Of a stretch of DNA of 64,000 nt, positions 10,140 through 18,225 are shown piece by piece (position 1 is the stretch's first letter; the number at the start of each line of letters is the position of its first letter). The position numbers and the translations under genes are program-made. The notes beneath the pieces were generated by a model. It worked only from the letters and a program-made list of their open reading frames with translations. It was not told where the DNA came from and ran no database searches. Source of the stretch: Nitrospinota bacterium (GTDB taxonomy: Bacteria > Nitrospinota > Nitrospinia > Nitrospinales > JACRGP01); contig JACQQK010000178.1 of the NCBI GenBank assembly GCA_016207065.1, forward strand, positions 5,740-69,739. Direction: 5' to 3'.

Positions 10140-12110
10140 ATCTTGATTTCCACCGTGATGCTGGTGTCGCACCCGAAAGTGTCCACCACCTTCACGCATG
10201 CCGTGTAAGTTCCCGGTTTTGGGAATGGGTGTTTTGCGTCAGAAATGGTTTTCAGATTCCGGTCCTTGCGGGTGCGGTAATGCTGCCAATGATGGTTGAA
10301 GGGCTTGCCCGGTTGCCATTCGAAATCCACCGCCCAGAAGTCGATGAAATCCATCCCGCTTTTGACGGCCCGCTCTTTGAGGGCAGAGAGCTCCTTGCTT
10401 GGAACTTCCGCTAAGGAAGGCAAAAATTTAGCGAGTTTGATTTCGGCGGTCCTGTCTTTTCCCTTTCCGGAATAAACGGGCGTGGCCTCCAATACGGCCA
10501 TTTCCAGAAAAGGCGGCGGGGAAGTCCTGTTCTTTTCCATGATCTCCCGCGGTATGGGGATCAATTTCATTTTGACGCCAAACTCCTTTTCCAGGGCTAC
10601 GGTGGTCAGGCGCAAATCCATTTCGAATTCCCAGGACAGACAATAAACTTCTTTTCCCCCGGCCTGGGCGACCGCTTCCGCGACCTCCCGCGCCTCCTCG
10701 CGGGTGAATATGGAGTCGATGCCGTCCACATGGCAAAAGGCCCCCGCCTTGCGCCCGTGGATAAGCGGGGACGGGGTTTTCGTCAAAACCTCGGCCTTGA
10801 AAAATTCCAGCACCACTCGGCGGTGCTCAGCGTCCGCCCCGTTGAGCCGGTCCTTTTGCCACCACTGCCGTTCGTAACGGCCCAGGTTGTAAACGTCGAA
10901 AGCCCGGTAGGATCTGCCTTCATCGTGGAGTTTACGTTGCAGGTCAATCAGCCGCTTGCGTGAGGTGTGGATAGCGAACCGCCCAAGATCGGACATGACC
11001 CAGCGTCTTCCCAGCCGTTCCGCCACGGCGCCGGTTGTCCCGCTACCGCAAAAGAAATCGGCGACCAAGTCGCCTTCGTTGGAAGAGGCTTTGATGATGC
11101 GTTCAAGGAGAGCTTCTGGCTTTTGGGTCGTGTATCCTACGTTTTCCAATACAGAAAAAGCATATGTTCCAACAGGATGATCATTAAAAATTTCAGCCAA
11201 ATCTGGTTTCCCCATCCACACGCTCCAAGCCGTTTGGGGACGTTCCAAACTTGCCAATTTAATGGCATCCTCTTTTGTTAAAGAGGAATCATTACATATA
11301 TATGTTTTTAAACAATTTGTTCCACCGCTTGTTTCTTTCCCGCGCGTATAAAACCAGCCATTTTTATCTTTTTGCAAGGCATTTGTGATTCTTGGGGAAT
11401 ATCCTAATCGGGGGGGGGGTAAATAGACTATTCTTGGACTTATAGCAAAGGATTGTTTCGTGAGATTTTGGGTAAAACTTTCCGCTACCCATCAGTCCGC
11501 AAACCCAAATAATTTCTGCAAAATCATGGTTTGGAAATATCTCGTTCAAAATAATCCGTAATTGAGAGGATTTCCGCCAATCGCAATGCACGTAGATACT
11601 TCCCGTTTCAGCGAGCAATTCTCGCATCAGCGCGAGCCGTTCATACATCATATGCAGGTAAGAGTCGGTTCCTTTTCCCCACATGTCCTGGTACGCCACC
11701 ATTTCGAGTGTGGACTGATCTTTTTCAACGGTTTCCTTGCCGTCGCCGATGGGGATATCCATTGTAAAATCCGCACCGACATCGAATGGGGGATCGATGT
11801 AGATCAAGTCGATTTTGCCCCTGAACTCCTTTAGCAGGGAGGCCATTACAAGTTTGTTGTCGCCCCAGATCAGCCGGTTGCGGAAATTGTCCGCATGGGC
11901 ATCCTTCGGATTGAACAGTTGTCCTTGAGCTTCCTTGCGACTTCGCGGCTCGTCGATGGTCTCGATTTTCTGCATGGGCAGAGCAGACCCGGCGATATCA
12001 ACTTCCCGGCGGTTGCCATAGCAGTCGTATTTCCCCTCCCAGACCAGTTCGGTTTTTAGAACGGACAACGGGTGGGGGTTGTCCGGGCCATGGACGGGTT
12101 TGGAGGTCAT
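10136..12110 (-). pseudogene. mod: Type III DNA methyltransferase Mod, split into two ORFs at a homopolymer tract
   Basis: The N-terminal ORF (11364-12110) has 'IDLIYIDPPF' (motif IV). The C-terminal ORF (10136-11377) has '[18 protein letters not shown]' (motif I). With 9 or 12 C on the coding strand instead of 10, the frames join as '...[28 protein letters not shown]...'. Confidence 0.85.
11410..11419. repeat. G10 (coding-strand C10) homopolymer inside mod
   Basis: Counted directly: atcctaatc-GGGGGGGGGG-taaatag. This is the site of the mod frame break. Confidence 0.95.
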
Positions 12111-12173
12111 GGATTTCCTTCTCGCGCTTTCATCAAGGTTCCAGTTGCAACGGCTTTCAATCTATTTCACCAT

Positions 12174-12353
12174 GTCTATATTGTCAATGGTTTCCAGAAG
12201 GAATACACGGGAGGCGATAAGGAGCGGGAAATTTATTTCCGCGCCGACAAGGCGCTGGACTACGGTTTCGTGGTGGACGTGTTCGCGGCCATCCGCAACG
12301 CGGGCATCCTGAACATCGGCATGGTCACGGATCCCGCCGGACGCGCCGGATAA
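12174..12353 (+). pseudogene. ExbD/TolR-family 3' remnant (no N-terminal TM segment); start approximate
   Basis: '...EREIYFRADKALDYGFVVDVFAAIRNAGILNIGMVTDP' matches the ExbD/TolR C-terminal pattern. It begins immediately right of the mod start with no membrane-anchor region. Confidence 0.55.
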
Positions 12354-12419
12354 AACCTCACGCGGCGGTTTTCTTTTTGCATTGCGGACACTCGCAGAGG
12401 TTCCGCAGGTATTCGTGGG
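12255..12419. repeat. 165-bp direct repeat, copy 1 (ExbD tail + intergenic + 3' end of DUF971 gene)
   Basis: Identical to 13188-13352 except 12388 (a) versus 13321 (g), which is synonymous in the DUF971 frame. Confidence 0.9.
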
Positions 12420-12427
12420 CGTCCAGC

Positions 12428-12490
12428 CGGGGAATCAGGGCGATCAACGCGAAACTGATGGACGAGGCGCGGGAAAAGACGGGGATGTAA
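12428..12490 (+). pseudogene. Diverged copy of the 3' end of the PCP_red-domain gene
   Basis: Encodes 'RGIRAINAKLMDEAREKTGM*' against 'RGIKVIDAKLMDEVREKVGM*' at 6575-6637. About 9 mismatches in 63 nt by eye alignment. Confidence 0.7.
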
Positions 12491-12552
12491 TCGTTAGCCA
12501 TTGACCGGCGGACCGAGAGACCCGTCCTGAAATTAGGCCGTCTTCCAAAAAC

Positions 12553-12813
12553 TCAATAGACGTGGCGGCGATGTTTCACCGTCAGGACAAAAACCGTTTT
12601 ACTCCCTTCCTCGATCTCGTAAACAATGCGCCAGTCGCCAACGCGCAACGAAAACTCTCCCGCATGATTTCCGACAAGAGGCTTTCCGGAGCGGGGGAAA
12701 TCGGCCAGCAATTCGATTTTTCGCAAGACCCTCCCAAACAAGCGACGGTCGGCCTGGGCCAGAGTTTTCTAATCGCCTTCCGCCTCGCGCGAAAGACGAA
12801 CGGCGTAACTCAC
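12553..12813 (-). pseudogene. RelE/ParE-family toxin with in-frame TAG at codon 15
   Basis: GTG 12813 overlaps the antitoxin stop (GTGA). Reads 'VSYAVRLSREAEGD*KTLAQADRRLFGRVLRKIELLADFPRSGKPL...LRVGDWRIVYEIEE...VFVLTVKHRRHVY', with TAG at 12769-12771. Confidence 0.7.
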
Positions 12814-13080
12814 CGGGGAGACGCTTTCTTTTTGAAATCCTCAAGCGATACCGTTTGGCCGCGCCGGACTTGTTTTTTGGCGCGGGCAATGGCGCGCGTT
12901 TCCTCCCGATGAGTTTGGATATCGAGGGTCTCGATCCAACCCTCGTATTCCTCCGCGCTCATAAGGACGGCCTTTTCCTCGCCGTTGCGCGTGATCACGA
13001 ACCGGTCGTATCCCTCCTCGACCTCCTTGACCAGGCGCGAAAGGCTTTTTTTGGCCTCGGACAACGGGCAGGTTCTACAT
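12810..13080 (-). CDS. Phd/YefM-family antitoxin (start uncertain)
   Basis: 'SEAKKSLSRLVKEVEEGYDRFVITRNGEEKAVLMSAEEYEGWIETLDI'. The SD 'aaggagg' precedes ATG 13080, but that ATG is out of frame by 1 nt (ATG-TAG). The ORF track begins at TTG 13064. Confidence 0.7.
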
Positions 13081-13106
13081 GGATGACCTCCTTCTCATTA
13101 GTCTAA

Positions 13107-13135
13107 ATTGTAGTCCGCGGGGGAAATGATGTCAA
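13107..13135 (-). promoter_or_regulatory. Near-consensus sigma70 promoter of the Phd/RelE cassette
   Basis: On the minus strand: TTGACA (13135-13130), 17 nt, TACAAT (13112-13107), followed by the SD aaggagg. Confidence 0.6.
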
Positions 13136-13187
13136 CGTGCCTCCTTATGTCAGAGCGTCTAACAAAATGATCCTCATGTCGCTCCGA

Positions 13188-13352
13188 CTGGACTACGGTT
13201 TCGTGGTGGACGTGTTCGCGGCCATCCGCAACGCGGGCATCCTGAACATCGGCATGGTCACGGATCCCGCCGGACGCGCCGGATAAAACCTCACGCGGCG
13301 GTTTTCTTTTTGCATTGCGGGCACTCGCAGAGGTTCCGCAGGTATTCGTGGG
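13188..13352. repeat. 165-bp direct repeat, copy 2
   Basis: See copy 1 at 12255-12419. This copy continues into the intact DUF971 gene. Confidence 0.9.
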
Positions 13353-13638
13353 TATACAGCCCGGTATCGTGCCCGTCGTTCCATTGGATCTGGACCGCGT
13401 ACAACCCGACGGAATGCAGTTTGACGGGGCGGATGGTGTCCGGGATGGAGCCGGGCGCGATGCGCTTCTCGCCGGTCCACTCGTCCACGCAGTGGGCGCA
13501 GGGGCATTTCTCCCGCAGGGTCTTGACGGCGTACACGGACTCGTGCCCGTCGTTCCAAGCTATCCCTAGCGTGGTGGCGTCCACCTGCCGGATGTTTTTC
13601 GGGGAGGGGCTTCGTGAATTGTCTTGGGTTATTGCCAT
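13291..13638 (-). CDS. DUF971 (gamma-butyrobetaine-hydroxylase-N-terminal-like) protein
   Basis: Duplicated 'WNDGHES.Y / WNDGHDTGLY' motifs and 'LRNLCECPQC'. Confidence 0.7.
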   Translation of the reverse strand: MAITQDNSRSPSPKNIRQVDATTLGIAWNDGHESVYAVKTLREKCPCAHCVDEWTGEKRIAPGSIPDTIRPVKLHSVGLYAVQIQWNDGHDTGLYTHEYLRNLCECPQCKKKTAA

Positions 13639-13708
13639 ATGCTCTTATGCTTTCCGTTTCCCGCGGAATCCGCGATGTGTCAACCGGGCTGTCCCGAGGA
13701 ACGCGATA

Positions 13709-13798
13709 CCCCCTTTAACAAAGGGGGCAAGGGGGATTTCATGCCTTGACGCCAGCAAAACCCTCAAATCCCCCCATCCCCCCTTTTTCAAAGGGGGG
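13709..13798. repeat. G/C-tract palindromic intergenic repeat cluster
   Basis: cccccttt-aaca-aaaggggg (13709-13727), gggggattt (13731-13739) paired with aaatccccc (13766-13775), and cccccc-tttttcaaa-gggggg (13778-13798). Confidence 0.8.
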
Positions 13799-13831
13799 CA
13801 TATGCTCCATGGATCCAGCGTCGCGCCGACG

Positions 13832-14926
13832 TCAGCTTTTCCAGGCCAGTTCGAACGTCGCGTCGACTTTTTCCTCTTTGGCTTGATTGATGCTCAGGCG
13901 GGCCGCCACCTGTCCCGCCAGGCTCCGGTAGGCTTCGCTGGCCGGGGAATCCGGATGGCTCAACAGGATGGGGACGCCGTTGTCGCCGCCTTCCACCACC
14001 TGGTTGAGGATCGGCACTTCTCCCAGGAACGGGACTTTGAACTGGTCGGCGAGGGTCTTACCGCCGCCGTGTTTGAAGATGTAATGTTTCTTACTGCATC
14101 CGTCGCAAATGAAATAGCTCATGTTCTCGACCACGCCCAGGATGGGCACTTTCACCTGCTCGAACATGCGCACGCCCTTCTCCGCGTCGATCAGGCTGAC
14201 TTCCTGCGGCGTGGTGACGATCACCCCGCCGGACAGCGGCGCCCGCTGGGTGAGGGTCAACTGCACGTCGCCCGTGCCCGGAGGCAGGTCGATGACCAGG
14301 TAGTCCAGTTCGCCCCATTCCACGTTGCCCAGAAATTGCTGGATGATCCCGCCCAGCATGGGTCCGCGCAACATCAAGGGTTGTCCTTCCTTGGTGAGGA
14401 ACCCGGCGGAGACCACCTTCATCCCGTGTTTTTCATGCGGGTAAAACTTGTTGTTGGCGCCGCCCATGGGAGGCGTGATGGGGATGCCGAGCATCTTGGG
14501 GATGCTGGGGCCGTAAATATCGGCGTCCATCAGCCCCACTTTCGCGCCGGTCAGACCCAGGGCAACGGCCAGATTGGCGCTGACGGTGGATTTGCCCACG
14601 CCGCCCTTGCCGCTGGCGACGGCAACGATGTTCTTGACCCCCGTGAGGATGGGTTGACTGTGTTGGGTGGGCCGGACGTTGGAGGTCATGTTCACCTCGA
14701 CGCGCCGGATGCCCTCGATGGCCTTCACCTTGCTCTGACACTCGTTGCGCAATTGCTCCTTCACCGGGCAGGCCGGGGTGGTGAGTTCCACGTCGAATGT
14801 TACGTTGCCGTCGTCGATCTTTATATTTTTCACAAACCCCAGGCTCACGATGTTCTTGTGCAAGTCGGGGTCCATCACGGTTTTTAACGTTTCCATTACT
14901 TTCGCTTCCAACTCTTGGTTAGCCAT
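13832..14926 (-). CDS. apbC: Fe-S cluster carrier ATPase ApbC/Mrp with N-terminal DUF59/MIP18 domain
   Basis: 'TLKTVMDPDLHKNIVSLGFV' (DUF59), 'ASGKGGVGKSTVSANLA', 'DADIYGPS', 'DYLVIDLPPGTGD' and 'CDGC'. Confidence 0.9.
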   Translation of the reverse strand: MANQELEAKVMETLKTVMDPDLHKNIVSLGFVKNIKIDDGNVTFDVELTTPACPVKEQLRNECQSKVKAIEGIRRVEVNMTSNVRPTQHSQPILTGVKNIVAVASGKGGVGKSTVSANLAVALGLTGAKVGLMDADIYGPSIPKMLGIPITPPMGGANNKFYPHEKHGMKVVSAGFLTKEGQPLMLRGPMLGGIIQQFLGNVEWGELDYLVIDLPPGTGDVQLTLTQRAPLSGGVIVTTPQEVSLIDAEKGVRMFEQVKVPILGVVENMSYFICDGCSKKHYIFKHGGGKTLADQFKVPFLGEVPILNQVVEGGDNGVPILLSHPDSPASEAYRSLAGQVAARLSINQAKEEKVDATFELAWKS

Positions 14927-15132
14927 AAAGCTCTCCCGGTTCTAATCGATCGGTTCAACAAACTCAATATTGGATGGCCGCAAAATCAAAAAGATTTAAA
15001 ACGATCCACTCAGCGGCGCTGTCCATAATCGTAATATTCCGGCTCTAAATCGTTTAGTCTGGAATTGCGTGACGAAAAGAAATAGCATTGCTCCCCCTTG
15101 CCGGGCTTGCCACGGCGTCGCCTTGGTGAGCC

Positions 15133-15187
15133 GGGGGGATTCCGCGAATAAAAGTTTCAAATCCCCCTACCCCCCTTGCAAGGGGGG
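15133..15187. repeat. G/C-tract palindromic intergenic repeat (same family and orientation as 13731-13798)
   Basis: ggggggatt (15133-15141), aaatccccc (15159-15167), and cccccctt-gc-aagggggg (15170-15187). Confidence 0.8.
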
Positions 15188-15609
15188 ATAAAGCAAAGGC
15201 GCTTTTTGTTTCCGGATTTTTTCCATTTTAAATCGTCCGGCTGGCGCCGATAAATCAAATTCCAAACCGGTTAAAATTAATCTATATATGGTATACAATT
15301 GATTTGTATATACCATATGAGGGTCTTTTGACTTTACAAAATGAAAAGCCTATGTTAAACAGCGCAATGTGGCGAGTCAGCGGCTGGCACGGCCCAACGC
15401 TTTTTCTCCCGCGCGCCAAAACGATTCGAGGCGCGTTTGATCGCGCCTCAAAACCATATATAAAGTTTAATGCTCCGCGCGTCAAGTCAATCGTTCAAAT
15501 TTACTCGACGGATTCAGTTTAAACCCTTTTTCATTCGCTTCCAACCTCCGTATCGTCTGGCGTAGCCGCCGGACAATACGGAAACAATCTCCAGAAAAGA
15601 AAATTCGAA

Positions 15610-17907
15610 ATGGCCAGGGAAAAAGCTTCCGATATTTGTCATGAACTGGAAAACCGTTTTCTCACCTACGCGCTGTCCACCATCGTTTCGCGCTCCCTGC
15701 CGGACGTGCGGGACGGCCTGAAACCGATCCACCGCCGGATCTTGTACGCCATGCACAGCCTGGGGCTTACCGCTGTCGCGAAGTACGTCAAATCGGCGAA
15801 GATCATCGGCGAGGTGCTCGGCAAATACCATCCGCACGGCGACGCGTCCACCTACGAGTCGATGGCCCGCATGGCGCAGGATTTTTCCATGCGCTACCCG
15901 CTGGTGGACGGCAAGGGGAACTTCGGCTCGGTCGACGGCGACGCGCCGGCGGCCTACCGCTACACCGAGGGCAAGACCACCTCCATTACCGCCTACCTGG
16001 TCAACGACCTCAACAAGGACACGGTGGACTTCCGCGCCAATTACGACAATACCCTGGAGGAGCCGGTCGTGTTCCCCGCGCGCCTGCCGAACCTGCTGGT
16101 CAACGGTTCGTCGGGCATCGCCGTGGGCATGGCGTGCTCCTTCCCCAGCCACAACCTGTCGGAAACGATCGCCGCGCTCGTCTCCATGATCGACGACCCG
16201 GAGCCGTCGGTCGCCAAACTACTCAAGCACATCAAAGGGCCGGACTTCCCGACGGGCGGGATCATCCTCAACTCCAAGGCGGAGTTGCGCAAAGCCTATG
16301 AAGAGGGGTCCGGGACGGTCAAAATCCGCGGGGAATGGGCGCTCGAGGAACTTCCCCGCGGCCGGTCGCAGATCGTGATCGCCTCCATTCCTTACGGGAT
16401 CAACAAGTCCAAGCTGATCGAGAAGATCGCCGAGATCATCATCGCCAAAAAACTTCCGCCGTTAACGGACGTGCGCGACGAAAGCGACGAGAACGTCCGC
16501 GTCGTCCTGGAAATCAAGACGGGCGCGGAACCGGAAAAGGTCATGGCCTACCTGTTCAAACATTCCGAGTTGGAAAGCGCCTTCCAGTTGAATTTCACCT
16601 GTCTCAAACCCAACGGCGAGCCCGCGCGGCTTTCCCTGCTGGAAATTTGCAGGTATTTCCTCGATTTCCGCAAGGAGACCGTCGTCCGCAAGCTGAACTA
16701 CGAGCTGTCCGTCATCCTCAAGCGGTTGCATATCCTCGAGGGATTCGCCGCCATCTTCTCCGCTCTGGACAAGGCGCTGAAGCTGATACGGACCTCCAAG
16801 TCCCGGCAGGAGGCGCACGGCAAACTCAGGGACGAGTTCGGCCTGGACGACGAGCAGACCTCCGCCATCCTGGAAATCCCCCTCTACCGGCTGGTGTCGA
16901 TGGAGATCGGCAAGATCATCGACGAAATGAACGAAAAGAACAAAGAGAAAAAAAGGATCCAGGAGATCCTGAAATCGCCGGCCAGGGTCTGGCAGGTCGT
17001 CAAGGAGGAACTTCTGGAGATCGACAAGAGCCACGGCGACAAGCGCCTGACCAAGATCAAGACCGTCGAGGCGCTGGAATACAACGCGGAGGACTTCATC
17101 GAGCACGAGGACGTGGTCGTCGTCCTCAGCAAAAACGGCTGGCTGAGGAAGTTCAAGACCGTCGCCGACCCCGCCGCGCTGAAGTTCAAGGAAAACGACG
17201 CCCTTTTGGGCATGGTCAAGGCCAACACCCGCGATTGCGTCGCGATCTTCACCTCGTTCGGGATGACGTACGTCACGCGGGCGCTCAACCTGCCCTACAC
17301 GCGCGGCGGGTTCGGCGACCCGGTGCAAAGCCTGTTCAAATTCGGCGACGGGGAAAAAGTGATCGCCATCTTCTCCCTGGCGCCGGGGGAAATCCTCGCC
17401 GCCTTGAAAGGGATCCCCGTCCCGCCCGCGGAGACCGGGACGGCGCAAAAAACCCTCGACTTCGGCGCGGAGGAGGAATTGCGCGACGCGGAGTTTCTGG
17501 CCGCCAGCGACACCGCTTACGGCTTCCGCTTCCCCCTGGCGAACCTCGGCGAAACCACGCGCTCCGGGAAAAAGATCATGTCGCTAAAAGACAACCAGCG
17601 CATGGCGGGCATCTCGCTGGTCGCGGGCGACCACGTTTTTCTGGCCTCCAGTAACGGCAAGGGCCTGCTCGTCCCACTCGACCAGATCGCCAAACTGACC
17701 GGCGCCGGGATGGGCGCGCGCCTGATGAAGCTGGCCGACGAGGCCACCCTCGCGGGGTTCAAATGCGTCGGGCTCAAGGACAAGGCCGCGCTGGCGTTCG
17801 ATGACGGAAGCCAGAAGGAGATTTCCATGAAGGACATCCCCGTCTACCAGAGAGGGAGCCAGGGCGTCATCGTCTCCAAGCGGAAAACCATCGTCAACGT
17901 ACTTTGA
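15610..17907 (+). CDS. Type IIA topoisomerase subunit A (GyrA/ParC family; size and absence of an obvious GyrA box favour ParC-like)
   Basis: 'LPDVRDGLKPIHRRILYAM', 'KYHPHGDASTYESMARMAQDFSMRYPLVDGKGNFGS' and 'AAYRYTE' (catalytic Tyr). 765 aa. Confidence 0.85.
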   Translation: MAREKASDICHELENRFLTYALSTIVSRSLPDVRDGLKPIHRRILYAMHSLGLTAVAKYVKSAKIIGEVLGKYHPHGDASTYESMARMAQDFSMRYPLVDGKGNFGSVDGDAPAAYRYTEGKTTSITAYLVNDLNKDTVDFRANYDNTLEEPVVFPARLPNLLVNGSSGIAVGMACSFPSHNLSETIAALVSMIDDPEPSVAKLLKHIKGPDFPTGGIILNSKAELRKAYEEGSGTVKIRGEWALEELPRGRSQIVIASIPYGINKSKLIEKIAEIIIAKKLPPLTDVRDESDENVRVVLEIKTGAEPEKVMAYLFKHSELESAFQLNFTCLKPNGEPARLSLLEICRYFLDFRKETVVRKLNYELSVILKRLHILEGFAAIFSALDKALKLIRTSKSRQEAHGKLRDEFGLDDEQTSAILEIPLYRLVSMEIGKIIDEMNEKNKEKKRIQEILKSPARVWQVVKEELLEIDKSHGDKRLTKIKTVEALEYNAEDFIEHEDVVVVLSKNGWLRKFKTVADPAALKFKENDALLGMVKANTRDCVAIFTSFGMTYVTRALNLPYTRGGFGDPVQSLFKFGDGEKVIAIFSLAPGEILAALKGIPVPPAETGTAQKTLDFGAEEELRDAEFLAASDTAYGFRFPLANLGETTRSGKKIMSLKDNQRMAGISLVAGDHVFLASSNGKGLLVPLDQIAKLTGAGMGARLMKLADEATLAGFKCVGLKDKAALAFDDGSQKEISMKDIPVYQRGSQGVIVSKRKTIVNVL

Positions 17908-17955
17908 CCTAGAGGGCATAACAAAATGAACCGATGGTCTGGACACACAAATGAC

Positions 17956-18183
17956 TCCCCTCCCTTGAGGGAGGGGGCTGGGGGAGGGGGCTGGGGGAGG
18001 GTGACCGGCGTGAACGCTGGTCCAACGCCGCCTCAGGCTGACGCTACGGGATGTAGCTCCCCCTTGCAAAGGGGGCCGGGAGGATTCGCATTTCGGCGAC
18101 CGCGTCAGCGTCATCGCCGCATTGCCTCCGGGCGCTTGCCCGGCTTTTCACCCCCACCCGACCTCCCCCATCAAGGGGGAGGG
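17956..18183. repeat. Cluster of G/C-tract palindromes and a short tandem repeat
   Basis: cccctccc-ttga-gggagggg (17956-17977), ggggctgggggag x2 (about 17973-17998), ccccctt-gca-aaggggg (18057-18075), and cctccccc-atca-agggggagg (18162-18183). Confidence 0.75.
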
Positions 18184-18225
18184 GATTATATGAAATTTCA
18201 TTTTATTACACGCTCTTAGGGAACC

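Noticed and set aside
5300-14926. The two Mrp/ApbC paralogues in inverted orientation acting as recombination arms that flank the accessory block
   Set aside because: They share protein motifs, but I could not see extended nucleotide identity, and their domain architectures differ (with and without DUF59). There is no evidence of inversion.
15380-15400. Sigma54 promoter ('ctggcacggcccaacgc') that might be the target of the NtrC-family regulator
   Set aside because: The TGGCAC is not followed by TTGC at the required N5 spacing. It also lies about 225 nt upstream of the topoisomerase gene, with no supporting context.
13709-18183. Could the repeated G/C-tract palindromes be a CRISPR array?
   Set aside because: The units are non-identical, irregularly spaced, scattered across several intergenic regions and separated by whole genes. 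No cas genes are present and there is no repeat-spacer periodicity.
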